Part shown: piece after piece, positions 1 through 15,245 of the stretch
How the letters are laid out: every line of letters begins with the position of its first letter
Numbering within the stretch: position 1 is the first letter of the stretch
DNA from: Octopus vulgaris
Taxonomy: Eukaryota
Direction of reading: 5' to 3'
Assembly: GCA_951406725.2 (NCBI GenBank)
Contig: OX597815.1
Location: 61,442,001 to 61,506,000, forward strand
DNA: 64,000 nt
Translations under genes and position numbers: made by a program
Notes under the pieces: model-generated
Seen by the model: the letters and a program-made list of their open reading frames with translations, nothing else
The model's database searches: none
What the model was told of the DNA's origin: nothing

Positions 1-3000
1 TGCAGGAAGTAGCAGAGGAATGTAAGAGGCTTATTAATCTAAGATATGACGCAAATAAAATCGGAGAAAAGGACCTGTAACGGCTGAGGAAAAATAAAAA
101 CGAAGATCAAGGCCCAATCCATGCTATGGGTGCGAGGTCAACATTTTAAAAATAACTGTACGTTTAAAAATCGGACATAAAAGCTTACACTGCCGTGTAA
201 AAAAAATTGTGGGGGGGAGATTTTCTCAAGAGAAAATCTAGGCGAGGCTCACAAAAGAAAGTTTATGTACATAAAAATTAATAATGTGAACGTGAAGTTA
301 CAACTAGATACAGGTAGTGATACTACAATTACACACGGAAAAAATAGGAAAGCCTATATTAATGGAAACTTCAAAAATTGCTAGGGAAAAAAATACATTT
401 TGGGGGCGAAATGATAACTGAGGTTACATTTGGGGGTAAAACCTTGAAAGTAAAAGTTTTTGTCTTAAATAATGCAACAAATTTGTTCAGGATTGACAGG
501 ATAGAATTGTTTAATGTATGGGACCCCCCCCCCCCCATAATTCTGTTCTATAAAAATATAAATAGTTTTTCCTCCAGTAAAGACAAGTCGTCAGACAAAT
601 TGAAAGAAAAAGTAAAAAATATTTTTCCTGAAGTTCTGTCCGATAAATTTTGTCTGTGTACCAAGACAAAGGCGTGTTTTCAAATACAAGAAAATGTCAT
701 ATCAGTATTTAAACCAAAACGAATGGTACTTTCGCAGAGATGAAACAAGTCAATGAAGAACTAGAGAGACTACAAAAAACTGGAGGTATCCAAAATGTGG
801 AATATTCTGAATGGGCAGCACCAACTGTGTATATTGAGAAAAAGAATAATAAAATCAGAGTGTGCACTGATTTTTCCACTCGTTTAAACTAATGTCTTAA
901 AATGTGCCACTATCCGCTATCTACTCCGGAGGATATTTTTGCGAAATTAAACGGTGGGAAGATATTTTCTAAATTGGAGATCTCCGACGCGTATCTACAA
1001 ATTAGAGTAAACGATGAATACTCGAAATATCTAACAGTTAACGCACATAAAGGACTGTATAGGTTACTTTTTGGTTTAAAAGTTTTCAACAGATTATGGA
1101 TACAATGCTAGCGGACTGTGAATTCATAATTCCATATCTGGATGACGTTAAAAGCGAATCTAGGGATCAACACGTCGAACATGTAAAATATATATTTAAA
1201 ATAAAAAAGGATTACGACTTTACCTTGAGTGAAGAAAAGTATGAATTTTTCTTACCGGAAATAAAATATTTAGAACAAATCATTGACAGAAATGGACGAC
1301 GTAGATTAAAGATATGTCTCCTTTGACTAATATAGCGATCTTACAAGCACTTTTAGGACTGGCAAATTATTACCCAAATTATATCCCAAATATGCATAAG
1401 GTTAGGGCTCCACTGAATAATTTGCCGAAAAAAGATATGAAATGGAATCGATCAGAAAATTGCCAAAAGGCATTTGACAAAAATTAAAAAATATTAATAT
1501 CTGATTTGTCGTTAGCTCACTTCGTTCTTGCAGCGGAGATTGTTGTAGCTTCAGACGCTACTGAGTATGATATAGGAGCAGTAATACTACATAAATATAA
1601 AGATAGTAACACGAAGGCGGTGATTCATGCCTCACATTCTCTGATATCAGCAGAGAAAAATTATAGTCAAATCGAAAAAAAAGCTCTAGCGATCATTTTT
1701 GCAGTGAAAAATTTTGCAGATTTTTGCACGTTATTATCGATATTTGGGTCGAAAAATGGAATTCCTACCTGTACTGCTAATAAGTTAAAATGCTGCGCTA
1801 TGATATTATTAAACTACGATTTCAAGATGGAGTATATATCATCCAAGAAATCAGGCCATGCAGATTGTCTATCAAAACTGATTTCAAAAAACGTGGAACC
1901 ATTCGAAGATACTGTGCTTGCCGCTTTGCGACGGAAAATGAAATTTAAAATGTTTTGTGTAACGTCATTCGTGAATTGCCAGTTACGTTACCAGACATAA
2001 AATCAAAATCAGAGAACAATAGATTCAGTATAAAAATGAAAGAAACACTGAAGGCTAAAGAAAATTAAAATATGCGCAACACAAATGCGAACCATTTCTC
2101 ACTGTATGACAATGTGTTGATGTATGCACAAAGAGTCGTAGTGCTAGTCGCACTACAAAAGCGCTTATTAAAGGAATTTCATATTGGTCACCCAGCGACT
2201 TCAAGAATGAAATCACTAATGAGAGGTTACGTATATTGGCCTAAAATGGACCTTGACATTGATGAGTCGGTGATATCCTGAAGCAAAGTCATTACCAGCA
2301 AAATTTCAACCATGGCCTAAGACCGACAATCTATGGATCAGGATTCCTATGGATTTTGCTGGACCAGTAAATGGCGCATATTACCTGATTGTAGTAGATA
2401 GTTATGCTAAGTAGCCGGAAATATGTGGATGTAGGAAAACAACCTTTACGGTAACAATAGAATTTCTTCATGAAATCTTCGCAAGATTTGGCGTCCCGTA
2501 CACCATAGTATCCGATAACAGTACGCAGTTTACAACGTATGATTTTAAAAGTTTTGCAAAATGTACGCAGTTGATCACATCTCTACTCCACCATATCACC
2601 CAAGATCAAACGGGCAAGCGAAACGGTTCTTGGATACATTTAAAAGAGCATTAAAGAAATCAAGAAACGAGCTAGCTGATGATGCAGTATTGACACAATT
2701 CTTAAGGGTTTATAGGATAATACCAAACTCAAGCACTTGTTCAGGCAAGTCGCCTGCGGTACTAATGTTTGCTCGAAAAATAAAGTCAACTTTTTGACAA
2801 GCAGTTACCAATAAGAAAAACAATTAGGGAAAACACTAAAAATACGATAAAGTATTTTAATATCAGTACTTTTCAAAATGTATGAAAATGGAAGAAAAGT
2901 TTGGGAAGACGGAGTAGTAACAAAAAGAAGAGGCAAGATGACGTATATGACAAGAGGCGAAAATGGGAACACAAAAGACATTTAAACAAGTTACAAAATT

Positions 3001-3150
3001 GATATACGGAAAAAAGAAAAGAGATACTGTTGGAAGTGTTCTACGACACCTTTGATCTTCCAACTCCACAAGTCACACCTAGGGGTAGCAGCACTAGAGA
3101 GAGGGAACAAAGAGAACGGTTGGAAGTATTGCCTAAACGGAAGAAATATT
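1..3150 (+). pseudogene. Decayed Ty3/Gypsy LTR-retrotransposon pol (protease-RT-RNase H-integrase), multiple frameshifts and stops
   Basis: Protease-like LQLDTGSD (~298-321); RT fragments YPLSTPEDIFAKLNGGKIFSKL and PYLDD (902-1326); RNase H DATEYDIGAV...EKNYSQIEKKALAIIFAV (1506-2000); integrase zinc region HIGHP...MRGYVYWP and PPYHPRSNGQAKR (2072-2797). Order RT-RH-IN is Gypsy-type. Confidence 0.95.
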
Positions 3151-3177
3151 AAACTACCCTAGGAAGTAAATCTCAAT

Positions 3178-3462
3178 TGTGGCGAGAGTCATTGACACAC
3201 CTGTGGGATTGGCAGAATGGACTAACCGAAATCTTATAAAGAGTAGCGTATTGGTTGAGGCGAAAGAAGTCGTAGAAGTCGTTGAGAGTTCGTGGAAGCC
3301 TAAGGAAGTTGTTGAGATCATTTGTATTTATTGGAGTATCGTTTTTAATGGAGTAATTTGAAGTATGTCGTCTGAAGACAGTTGTGTCTATTTCCGCTTC
3401 GTGAAATTTCTATATCCAACGTATAGAAGGATATAAAAGTTTCTCAATCTATCTCCTTCACA
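3178..3462 (+). repeat. Candidate 3' LTR of the Gypsy element
   Basis: Starts TGTG (3178) and ends CACA (3462) just after pol; TATA-like CTTATAAA near 3234. The 5' LTR is outside the window and there is no clean polypurine tract. Confidence 0.45.
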
Positions 3463-3957
3463 GTGAAAAGTGATATTGGGAAATATCTTCCACCTGCTCC
3501 ACTATAAATATTATTCATTGTAGACTTATGTTATGCAATGTAAACTACGGTTCTAAAAAATGAGGGATTGGCCGTTGTCATTGAAATAATCGCCATGTCA
3601 TTGAAGTGCAGTCCACAGTTTCATATAGCCTTAGCTTATGAGGTTTTGGGGGTGCACACCGTATGTGCCGCACAGCAGGTGGCAGACCTCATTCTCCTGC
3701 ATCCGCTCCTGCTAATGCATCTTCTGTCGCTGCCACACTATCAACGATTGTCGTCATCTTGGAATGAAACAAATGTCACCAAATGTAGCACACCTGTGAT
3801 GACAGAAAGTCCAATCATGACCACATCAACTTATATTACAGTCATTGTCAATCTAGGATTGCATTATCCAGTGCATTTTTCAATTTTTTGAGATTGTAGG
3901 TTATAATATGTGAGATATTTGATTGCTATTTTTCATACGTTGAATAACCATCAGGAG

Positions 3958-4148
3958 CAGTGGTTCTCATCCGTTTTTTTTTTTTACCTGTGGACCCCTT
4001 TGATTACTATTTTACTCTAGTGGACCTCCAAAGTCATTCGATGTTTAAAAACCAGTTTTATAAATACTTCTTCCAAAATCCCTGTTTTGTTATTCCCACA
4101 TTCACTTGTGTAGGTTGAAACATGTAAAATGTTAAAGAAACAAGGCTA
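3958..4148. mobile_element. hAT/Charlie-like MITE fragment, interrupted by a SINE
   Basis: Starts CAGTGGTTCTCA; colinear similarity to 54201-54390. Confidence 0.6.
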
Positions 4149-4149
4149 A

Positions 4150-4270
4150 CAATTTCCGGGGAGGGATTAAGTCGATTACATCAACCCCAGTCCTCAACTG
4201 GCACTTAATTTATCGACTCTGAAAAACTGAAAGGCAAAGTCAACATCGGCGGGATTTGAACTCACAACGA
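4150..4270 (-). mobile_element. tRNA-derived SINE fragment (Nin/Deu-type central domain)
   Basis: Reverse complement contains GAGTTCAAAT box B and GACTTTGCCTTTCA...GTCGATAAATTAAG, as in 30430-30645. Confidence 0.7.
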
Positions 4271-4410
4271 GAAGAGGGATGCATACACCCTTGATATTGT
4301 GGATCCCCAATTTACTGTTTTGCTTGCGTGGACTCCAGAAAATCTTATAAGGACAACGATTGAGAACTTCTGCTCAAGAGCCTCCATGTGTGTGTGAATG
4401 TCTGTGTGTG

Positions 4411-4486
<76 letters not shown>

Positions 4487-4816
4487 AAATTCTTCCAACA
4501 AATTATTAGTTATTCTTGGTAGTGATAGAATATACTTGTCCAATGTACCACGTAGAAGTATCGAACTCTTAACTATATGTATAAGTGTATACCTGTATAT
4601 ATGTATGTGTATGTATATGTAATTATGGATGTGTGTGTGTATGTATGTATGTATGTATGTATGTATGTATGTATAGATGGATGGATAGATGGATGAATGG
4701 AGGAATGGATGAATGGGTGTTTAATGGTGTGTATTTACGCTTGTGTTTGTATTTATGTATTTATGTAGGTATTTATTTAAGTCACTATGAATGTCAGTGT
4801 GAGTGTGTAACAATGA

Positions 4817-4850
<34 letters not shown>

Positions 4851-5884
4851 GGAGAGAGAGAGTGTGTGTGTGTCACACAATCTGGGGTTATCGATGTGTA
4901 AGAATGGGTGTGGCTGTTCAGAACTTCAGGTTCAAAAGATTCTACCGCAAGATAGCACACATCAGTGAGGGGATTGTGGCGGCAGAGGCGGCGGTGATAG
5001 AAATGGCGGTGGTGGTAGCAGGAGCGGTAGTGGCGGCAGTGGTGGTGTTGGTGGTGGTAGTGGTGGTGGTGGTGGTGGCAGAGATTGTACTGATAATATT
5101 GGTGTTGTTGTTGGTGGTGGTAATTTGAAGTGGAAATAGGGCTGATAATGGTGGTGTGTTGTAGAGGTGATGGCGGTGGTTGGGATTGTGGTGGTAAAGG
5201 CGGTTTTGGTGACAGTAAGGGTGACAGTAGTGCTTGTGTCGTTGTTATTGCTGATGGTGGTGGGGTGGGGTGGTCGAGAAGGCGGTGCTGGTCGTGGTGG
5301 AGATGGCTGTTGTTTAGCCCCAAAGTCAGCCGTGATACGATAGGACGTTAATCAAAAGGAGGCCAGCTGTGACCATTCCGTCGAGGAAATCATATTAACC
5401 AACGTGTCCTTTTTTTAAGAGTGTAGGGGTGGGCTATGACGGTGATTTGGCTGCTTTTTTCTTGTGTATGTACTCAAGGTACAGTTATATGAGTCAGTAA
5501 AAGAAACAGGTAGCAAGATGTATTGAAGCAAATAGTATAGGCAGATAGTGATGGTATGGTGTTGGTAGTAGTAATAGCAGCGATGACGTGGCGAGCGGAC
5601 GGGGGCGGCAGTGGTGGCGGGGTGATGGTGTTGATGGCGATGTTGGTGTTGGTGTTGGTGATGGTGGTAGTGATGGTGGCGGCGGCGGTGGTGATGGTGG
5701 TAGAAATTATTGATAACAGTTGCGGTACAAATTTTGAAGGAGGAAATAGTGTTTGCCAAAGGAAGTAGTGGTTGTGATCCTCAGCACCAGCAGCAGCTAC
5801 AACAGTAGTTTCGGCGGCGACGGCAGCAGCAGCAGTAGTGGGAGCAGCAGCTGTAGCAGCAACGGCAGTAGCAGTAGCAGCACC

Positions 5885-5961
<77 letters not shown>

Positions 5962-7176
5962 ATGTGATCTAATATAATATAAGTGTGTGCGTTTGTCTGA
6001 TTGTGTATTTGTAGAAGAAACATGATGTTAAAAAAAGGCAAAAGTGTACACTGATGTCTAAATTGGAGAAATTAAATATCACCGACGAGAACACATAACA
6101 GACAGAACAAACGAAGAATTCCCCTCATCAGCTGTCTACTAGGGAATTTTCGTAGTTTCGGCATTTTAGTGAAGTAGCGCAAAGCCTAATACATCAATAT
6201 ATCCTGGATACGATTGTTAACGATTGATATTGCAATGACAAAACACAAAGACATGAAGGACTACATGCAACAGTTAAATAGTTATTGAGCATCTAGAATT
6301 TACAGTCTTTCATCTTATGAACTACGAGTACTCTACACTCCGCAGATCTTTGTACTCCTGATAACAACGGGGCCTGGATGATATAACTGGAAATCACACA
6401 ACCCTGAATATGACAATATCAGAATACTCGGATATCTGTATTAAGGCGGGCGTATGAAGTGCATAGTCAAAGGGACACTGAACTTTTTAAACGGTCATTA
6501 AGAACAATTATTACCCAGGCGCTCAAGGGAGATCACTCTAATAATATTTTTCAATATTGATTGTTTTGATACCTGAATTTTATTTTATGCTCCGAAATGT
6601 TTTATTCTAAGATGCGATTATTTTGTAATTTATGTTTTAAATATTTTAATTTGAACTTCATAGTTTGCCTTTGGTATTTGTTATTATCATAGCTGTTATC
6701 TGTTAAAGAATTGTAGGGCTGGTGCACATCTTCAATACAATACAACACTAGTTTATTTCTTCACATTCCCTCTGTCACATCTCCTAGGAACCAGCGATCA
6801 GCCATTTCATAATTTCTCAGAGTTGAAAAGACATTGCCAGCCCAGCCACTAACCATCAACAACATCCCTAAATCTCTCAGACGATTTTTCTGTTGAATCA
6901 TGTCTTAAGCCTGAACATATATGGATACTAATAGACAAGCAACCAATCATAAGATTCCGTGTGTTGACTGTGTAGTATTCAACCAATAGTATATACGCAT
7001 CCATCTAATGTTTTAGGAAAGGGTTATCCTAAACAAGTTTATAACTGAATGGACGCTGAGGGGAAACTCTCATGTACCAGCAAAGTGATTCAGTCAAATT
7101 AAGTCTCTCGTTAAACATTTTTTCATGTCGTTCTTTAAAACCAGCGGATTTCTGTTGCGTGTAAGTTGCTGTATGC

Positions 7177-7241
<65 letters not shown>

Positions 7242-7858
7242 GGCGTGTGTGTGAGTGTGTGTGCGCGCGTGTGTGCATGTTTGTGTGTTAGTGTTAGTGT
7301 GTGTGTATGTGTTGTGTGTACCAAACAACGCCGACTCTTGGGATTTACGCATTGCAAGGTAATGTGTGTGTGTCTAAATGTATGTATGCACGTGCGTGGA
7401 AGTGTGTGTGCGCGTGCATGCTTCTCTTCATCGTATGCGCTTGTGCTTATATATATATGTATGTATGTGCGTGTGTCTGTGTCTGTGTCTGTGCCTGTGT
7501 GTCTGTATCTATATATGAGCATGTGCCTGTGTTTGTGTGTGTGTATGTGCGTATGTACGTATGTGTATATGACACAGGCAATTAATACTTGCGGTTCTAA
7601 AAGTTCATTAAACAAAAAACAAAATCTCGAATGTATTGATGTATTACATTCACATTGGCATTTGCACATGCAGCTGCATGCGTGTGTATATACACACACA
7701 CATATAAATATACATATACATACTTGCGCATATACGCCCGTGTGTATTTTATATATATGTGTGTGTGCATATATTTATATATATGTATATATATATATAT
7801 GTGTGTGTGTGTATATATTTATATATATGTATATATATATACATGTATATATGTATAT

Positions 7859-7921
<63 letters not shown>

Positions 7922-7924
<3 letters not shown>

Positions 7925-8223
7925 GAGTGCATAAATATATATATATAAAATATGTGAGTGTGAATGTGTTTATAAACATATCTATAGATGCTTATGTAAT
8001 ATATAGACATGTATATGCATATATATATATATGTGTGTGTGTGTGTGTACTTATATATATATTACTTATGCATGCATTTGCCTATATATATAAGTACACG
8101 CATACACACACACACATATATATATATATGCATATACATGTCTATATATTACATAAGCATCTATAGATATGTTTATAAACACATTCACACTCACATATTT
8201 TATATATATATATTTATGCACTC

Positions 8224-8226
<3 letters not shown>
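7922..8226. repeat. Near-perfect fold-back palindrome in microsatellite-derived DNA
   Basis: AATGAGTGCATAAAT...GTACTTATATA (7922-8060) is the reverse complement of 8083-8226; ~22 nt spacer. Confidence 0.9.
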
Positions 8227-8264
<38 letters not shown>

Positions 8265-8298
8265 ATATACATATATATATATATAAATACACACACAA

Positions 8299-8339
<41 letters not shown>

Positions 8340-9706
8340 TATATGTATATCTGTGTATATGGATATGCATATATGTGAGTGTATGTATACATATATGCAC
8401 GTTTATATATGTATGTGTATATATATATATAAGCATTTATGCATGTCTAAACATCTATGTATATACATACGCACACGTATAAATACATAACGTACACACA
8501 CACATACACTTACACACACCCACGCACACAAATGCATACAAAAAGCCGTACGCATGCACTCCTGCTCACATCTTTGCAATATACACAGTTCTGAAATAAT
8601 AATAAAAATAATAAAAGATGATAACAACAATAACAACAACAAGAATATCAACACAAACAGTAATAAGACAAACGGAAAATATATCGAAATTTAAGAGAAT
8701 AATAAAAGGAAAAGAAAAATATAGAAATAAAAATAATAATAATAATAATAAAATATACAAACTAAAATGACTTTAAACAATACATATATAAATATAGAAA
8801 TAAAAATAAAATAAACAACATGGCAATGAATAAATATAACCAAAATAACATAAATAGATATACAAAGAAAAATAAGATAAAAATTTAATACATAAAAATG
8901 AAGAATTTACCATAGAAATAAATATCAAAATGAATGAAGATATTGATAAATAAATAATCAAATAAATGAATAAATAAATAAATGAATAAAGAAAGAAAGA
9001 AAGAAAGAAAGAAACTAAAGAAAGAAAGAAAGAAAGAAGCATATTTGCCAGGCACGTGAGTTTCGAACAGTAATTCGAGGCGAATTAAAATTCTCCAGAG
9101 AACTTTTACGATAGCGGAATACGTGATTCTAAGACCTGAAGCAATTTCTACGGGAAATTAAGCAAGGCGTATACACACATACACACACACACACACACAC
9201 ACAAACACACACAGAGGCACAAACATACACACACTCGTATACGTATATATGCACACACATACATATACACGCACAGACGTGCATATGTGCACACTCAAAC
9301 ACAGCTACACATAGTTACACAGAAACACGAACAAACACGCGCGCAGCTACATCGTTATGCACGCAAGCACACACATTCTCACAAACACACACATACACAA
9401 ACACTCGTTTATATACGCACACAACCGTACGACATCATACAGTGACTCTCACGACTATACAAACACATTCATGTTGGAACATACACGGAAACACGCGCCA
9501 TTGACGCATACACATACATTCAGGAAAGTATATACCTTCAGTAGACATATATATGTTTGCGTGTGTGTGTTGGGTGGGTGGGGTAGAGGGTTGCGTGTGT
9601 GTGCGTGTATATATATATATATACACATAAGTATATGTATATATGTATATATATATTATATGTATGTATGTATATATACATACATACATATATTTATATA
9701 CATAAG

Positions 9707-9774
<68 letters not shown>

Positions 9775-9905
9775 GGTGGGATGTTCTGCGTTTGTGTGCG
9801 TCTGTATACAGTTATAAATATACAGTACATATATGTATTTATCCATACTTCTGTATGTATTTTATATACACCTATACACATGTACGCGCGCAGACAGACA
9901 CGGCG

Positions 9906-9948
<43 letters not shown>

Positions 9949-10608
9949 ATATACAGCGTAGTCCCTAATATTCAGATCTTGCCCCACCTGTGCACACATC
10001 TCTTACGTAAACAAAGCTTCATGAAAGGGAAGCTAAGGTACAATTTTGAAATATGTAGGGGGAGCAGGAGTATTTATGTGTGTGTGTACGTGTACGTGAG
10101 GTTACGTAAATGTATGTGTATATCTGTGTGCGTGTGTATGTGTGTATGTATGTCTGTGTGTGAGTGTGTGCCTGAGCTAGCCTTTGACATAGTATGTATT
10201 TGTTTTGGGCCCTCCGCATGTGTGTGTATGTGTGTATGCGTGTGCGTGTATATGTGTCTATGTACAGCTGCTTCGTTACCCGGATGTTGGTCTATATACA
10301 TCCGACGCATACCCCTCCAGTACCTTAAAATATATGTATGAATGGGTGATTATACTTAAATATATATATACACAAATATATATACATATATATATGTGTG
10401 TGTGTGTGTGTGTGGAATTAAAAGACGCCACCAATAAAACTCCATAAATTATCATCAAAGCTTCCAAAATACAATAATTATAAAGAACAAATATATAAAT
10501 TATTAATTAATATCACTACTGCGGCAATTCCCCCTCCCTTCCTCCCCCTCAAGCTGCTGCTGCTGCTACTGCTATTACTGCTGCTACTGCTACTACTACT
10601 GCTGCTGT

Positions 10609-10662
<54 letters not shown>

Positions 10663-10856
10663 CGCATATCCCCTCAATCGTTTTTCATTTTCTGCCCCCC
10701 TCTTCTCATCCTCTTCTCTTACTCTTACTCTCATTACTGCTGTAACTGCTACTATGACTACCATCACAACCACTACCATCATCACATCTTATATAACTAT
10801 TACTACTACAAAAAGTACTACTATAACCACTGCTGCTGCTGCAACTACCACTACTA

Positions 10857-10934
<78 letters not shown>

Positions 10935-10935
10935 T

Positions 10936-10976
<41 letters not shown>

Positions 10977-10985
10977 GTGTAGTGG

Positions 10986-11020
<35 letters not shown>

Positions 11021-11089
11021 GTCACTGCTTTGCTGGTAGTATCTTTTATCGGTTGTGGGCAATTTAAAAGTGAAATGGAAGAATAAATC

Positions 11090-11760
11090 AAAACAAGAAA
11101 ACATAAATATTACAGATTAGAAAGTGAAAAAGTTACTTATGAATACACCAGTTTGGAAAACCCATGGACCAGATAGCATCCAGGGATTCTAGCTTTAAAA
11201 TCTCTCAAGTATACACAACCATATACAACCCTTTTCTTACTGACTGCTTAGAAAAGGAAACGCCAACATGGATAACGAAGGAAAGGATAGTGCTGATACG
11301 GAAGAAGAAAGGAAAGAAACGAGACAAGTCAACAGTTATAGATAGAGCTTATTACATGTTTAGTATTATTCTGGCTGTTATTAACTGACACTATAACATG
11401 AAATGTATAACTTTCTGAAAAAAGACAATTTATTGTTAGAGGAGCAAAAACGATACAGAAAGGAATCAAGGGAACTACTGATGTGCTGAATAATGATAGT
11501 AAGATGTTAAACGAGGCCTGAGTAGGTAAGGATTTAGCTGTTGGCTAGATTGATTACAAGAAGGCTTCCGACAGCGTGTCCACACTGCTGACTCTTGGAA
11601 TGCCTGACGACGCTCAGAATAAATGAGAAGATAAACACCTTTAATAAGAGCATGGGAAGTAGAACTAACATGCATTGGGAAGGGAAACTGTACGCAATCA
11701 CCACCATATTTATACGCAAGAGATTACTAGGGATTTTGTGAATACGAAAGTTCGACATAT
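11090..11760 (+). pseudogene. Decayed non-LTR retrotransposon RT fragment (R4/Dong-like)
   Basis: Fragments WKTHGPDSIQGF, TPTWITKERIVLI, EQKRYRKESRGT and IDYKKASD resemble RT domains 0-3 of RLE-type LINEs. Confidence 0.7.
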
Positions 11761-13070
11761 GGTTTTATGATGGCTATGCAACGATTTTATCAGCACACAA
11801 GAACCTTAGAAAATTTGAAGATCTATAATCTAGTACAGGGAAGGTTTCATAATGAAATATCAGCTCTACATTAAATTATTGTGAAATGAATTGTAACAAT
11901 TTATTTTACTGTATTATTTTTAGAAACATGGAATAATTTTTCAAGCTGGAACCTTGCATTATTAGTATTGCGAATTAGGTGATGCTATCTGCTCTCCCTC
12001 CAGCAATCACCTTAGAATCCTCTAGTGTTTTCTGAACAAAGTTATCACAGTTGTCATAGTCATATTTTCCAATTCAGTTGTATGCTGTAGGGATTACTGT
12101 TGCCCTTTTCTTTCCTCTCTTTGCATCCTCTTCTCGACAAAAGACCCCAAAGTGGATTTTATTTGCAACAAGAAGCAACTAGAACTTCTGTCCCGATGAA
12201 CTTCCACTCTATTCCCAAGAATACAGTCCTGGAATAATCTTCTGGCCATCGGAGGCATCAAAACTTGAATGTCTACGCAAACTCTATGAGATTGTATGTC
12301 ATTGCGAGTCACCACTGGCCTCACTATACTGTACTGCAAAGGTGAACATTGAAGTATACCAGAGTGTTATGAAAATGAAAGGTGCTTTGAAGAAACAATC
12401 GCTTAGGATTCTGGCACTTTCGACGTCTGAAATAGAACTGCTACCTTAGTGGCGTCAAGATCCATTGGAGATGGCTGTTAAGCAACTCATGTAATGAAGA
12501 CGAGGCACAGTTAAATATAAAGGCGCTGTTAAAGTAGATACTTAACAGCTGGGATAGAGAAAACAAAGAGGAACAGGAGGAAACAAGGCTGAGATTAACA
12601 ACTAGGACTGAAAAAAAAAAAGAAAAATATGTACTTATGATCAAATTATATCTCTATATATATAAAACTGAGAATGTGTGTCTGTCTGTCAGTCTGTGTG
12701 TTTCCCTAAAACTTGAGAACTACACAACCAATTTCATTCAAATTTTACACATGCCTTACTTAAGGTCCGGGGAGTGTCATCGGCAAAAAAATCTTAACTT
12801 TTTCCCTAGGACGACCCCACAGCAATATCATATCTTCTCCACTATTTCATTACTACGTGTTAAAGTGAAACAAAAACATCTCTCTTTTGTAATGCAGACA
12901 CTTTCATTTTAATACTGAAACTATTAAAGTGAAAGTATAATATAACAGGGATAAACCATTAACAAGTGGTCATCCATTTTGCTAGAAGAAGATCCGCTAT
13001 GGTCTTATATGCTAAACCACTGGTTTTCAATTCATATTAATCAAATTAATATTCAATTTTTCACCCTTAT

Positions 13071-13112
<42 letters not shown>

Positions 13113-13705
13113 TTTGTGTGTGTGTGTGTGTGTGTATTAGCAATTCGTATAAAATTGCATCAATGACTTGAACTTGAATAAGTCGTTTCACATAAATGGG
13201 GATAAATTAAAAAGGTTTTTTTGTTATTATTATTACTGTTTGACTATTGTAATCACGTTTGTTGGTTCCTCGTCAGGGAAACGTTGTTGTGTTGCATTTG
13301 TTAAATAATTGTAAACCGTAACCCTCTCCCTTTCGGAGAAGGGGCTTTGGTTATTGTTTAGTTCCTGTTTGGGGAAATTGACAATATTTTCACCGTCTTT
13401 ACGGAAGTATTTTTGTTAAAATGCTTTCGATAGAAGAAAGTCCAAAAATGAATTTCGCTGCAGCCGTACACTTCTATACAAGAGGGAGGACAAGATCTAA
13501 TTGATCGAAATTGCAAGAGACGGGCCTACAATTCCAGTCTGTTATATATTTTGAGTATTGTTATCACTAGCGATATCAAGATATAACTTTGTATTTTGTA
13601 TTTTGTGTAGATGTATATATATAGATGTACATGTAATATGTACACATATATAGATGCATAATATATCTACCCATACACACATACGCACACACACACACAT
13701 ACATA

Positions 13706-13845
13706 GGGGCAGGTGTGGCTGTGTGGTAACAAACTACGTTCCAAACACATGGTCCTGGGTTCAGTCCCACTCTGTGGTGACTTGGCATGTGTCTTCTGCT
13801 GTAGCCTCAGACCAAGAAAAGCCTTCTCAGTGGATTTTGTACATA
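13706..13845 (+). mobile_element. tRNA-derived SINE 5' part nested in the Helitron
   Basis: GGCAGGTGTGGCTGTGTGGTAA (box A) ... GGGTTCAGTCCC (box B); same family as 39422-39820. Confidence 0.75.
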
Positions 13846-13959
13846 TATACAGGCATATATACATATATATACATGCATACGTACATATTCGGCATAAACA
13901 CTCTACCACTACAACTAATAACTGTTTGGAACACTTTCAAACCTGCCTTACATTCGAAC

Positions 13960-15071
13960 CGGAATCTCAACGCCCGAGTTTTCCATCTGATGTTAATCTC
14001 TCTCATGGAGCTCATACAAAAAGGGCAAGTCTTTGGGCCCATACAATGTGGCATGTACACAATCGAGTGGCAAAAAAGGGGCCTTCCACATGCTCATATC
14101 CTGCTTTGGCTCTCAGCGAAGATCAATTCCAATGACACCGACAACATAATCTCTGCAGAGCTTCCTGATCCAGCTTTAGACAAAGAACTATACGAAATAG
14201 TTAAAGCAAACATGGTACATGGTCCATGTGGGCGTGGATTCAACATAAACTCACCATGCTTGAAGGACAGCATATGTTCAAAAAGATTTCCAAGGAGGTT
14301 CCAACAAGAAACTCAGACAGGTGCTGATGGGTATCCATCATACAGACGCAGAAAACCAGATAGTTTCACGGCAACTATCGGACAGCACGATATTGATAAT
14401 AGATGGATTGTTCCATACTGCCCACTCCTGTCAAAGACTTTCAATGCCCACATCAACGTTGAGTTTTGCAACTCCGTTAAATCCATCAAGTACGTTTGCA
14501 AATATGTAAACAAGGGTTCTGACGCTGCAATGTTTGGACTTCAACAAGAATACTGCCAGGATGAGGATGACGGTACATAAGTAGCAACGAGGCTTTCTGG
14601 CGCATCTTTGGCTTTCCAATTCACCAACGACACCCCGTCATTCAACAGCTTGCAGTGCACCTGGAAAATGGTCGAAGAGTGTACTTCACCGATGCTAATG
14701 CTTCTCTATTGGCAGAGTAACCAAGGGATAGCACACTCACTGCATTCTTCAAGCTTTCTCAAGTGGATCCATTCGCTCAAACCTTGCTGTATCCACAGAT
14801 TCCATCGTACTACACTTGGAATGGAAAAAAATGGGCCCCATGGAAAGCCGGTCAAAATGTTCATGGATACCCTGGCATTAAGTTTCAGACTTGCCTTGGG
14901 CGAGTATGCACAGTGCATCCCACTCAACAAGAGTGCTTCTACCTTCGTCTACTACTGCATGAGGTCAGAGGGCCAACGTCTTTCCAGGCCCTAAAAACCG
15001 TTCATGGACATGTCTGCACAACATACAGAGAAGCCTGCTATCGACAAGGTCTGTTAGAAGATGGTGCATAA
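13960..15071 (+). pseudogene. Helitron Rep (HUH endonuclease) region, N-terminally truncated and frameshifted
   Basis: YTIEWQKRGLPHAHILLWL (HUH), MVHGPCG, DNRWIVPY, HINVEFC, KYVCKYVNKG (catalytic Tyr motif), YLRLLLHEVRGPTSF. Confidence 0.93.
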
Positions 15072-15245
15072 TGGGATGCAACTTTAGGAGAGGCTGCTTT
15101 ATCACAATCACCTAAAAGTCTCAGGGCACTATTTGCAGTATTACTACAGGCATGCGAACTGTGTGATCCGGCCACTCTATGGCTCAAATATAGAGACAAC
15201 CTGGCTGAAGACTTTCAGCGCCAAGCTCAACTGCTCTATCCTGAC

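Noticed and set aside
6060-6700. CTGATGA on the minus strand near 6125 and possible GIY-YIG remnants
   Set aside because: No matching GAAA or stems, and the protein similarity is too weak to support by eye.
9050-9103. Hammerhead on the minus strand (CTGGAGA...GAAACTCACGTG)
   Set aside because: The core is mutated and stem I has no partner.
13654-13960. N-terminus of the 308 aa ORF as captured host gene sequence
   Set aside because: It is microsatellite plus SINE read-through ahead of the Rep fragment.
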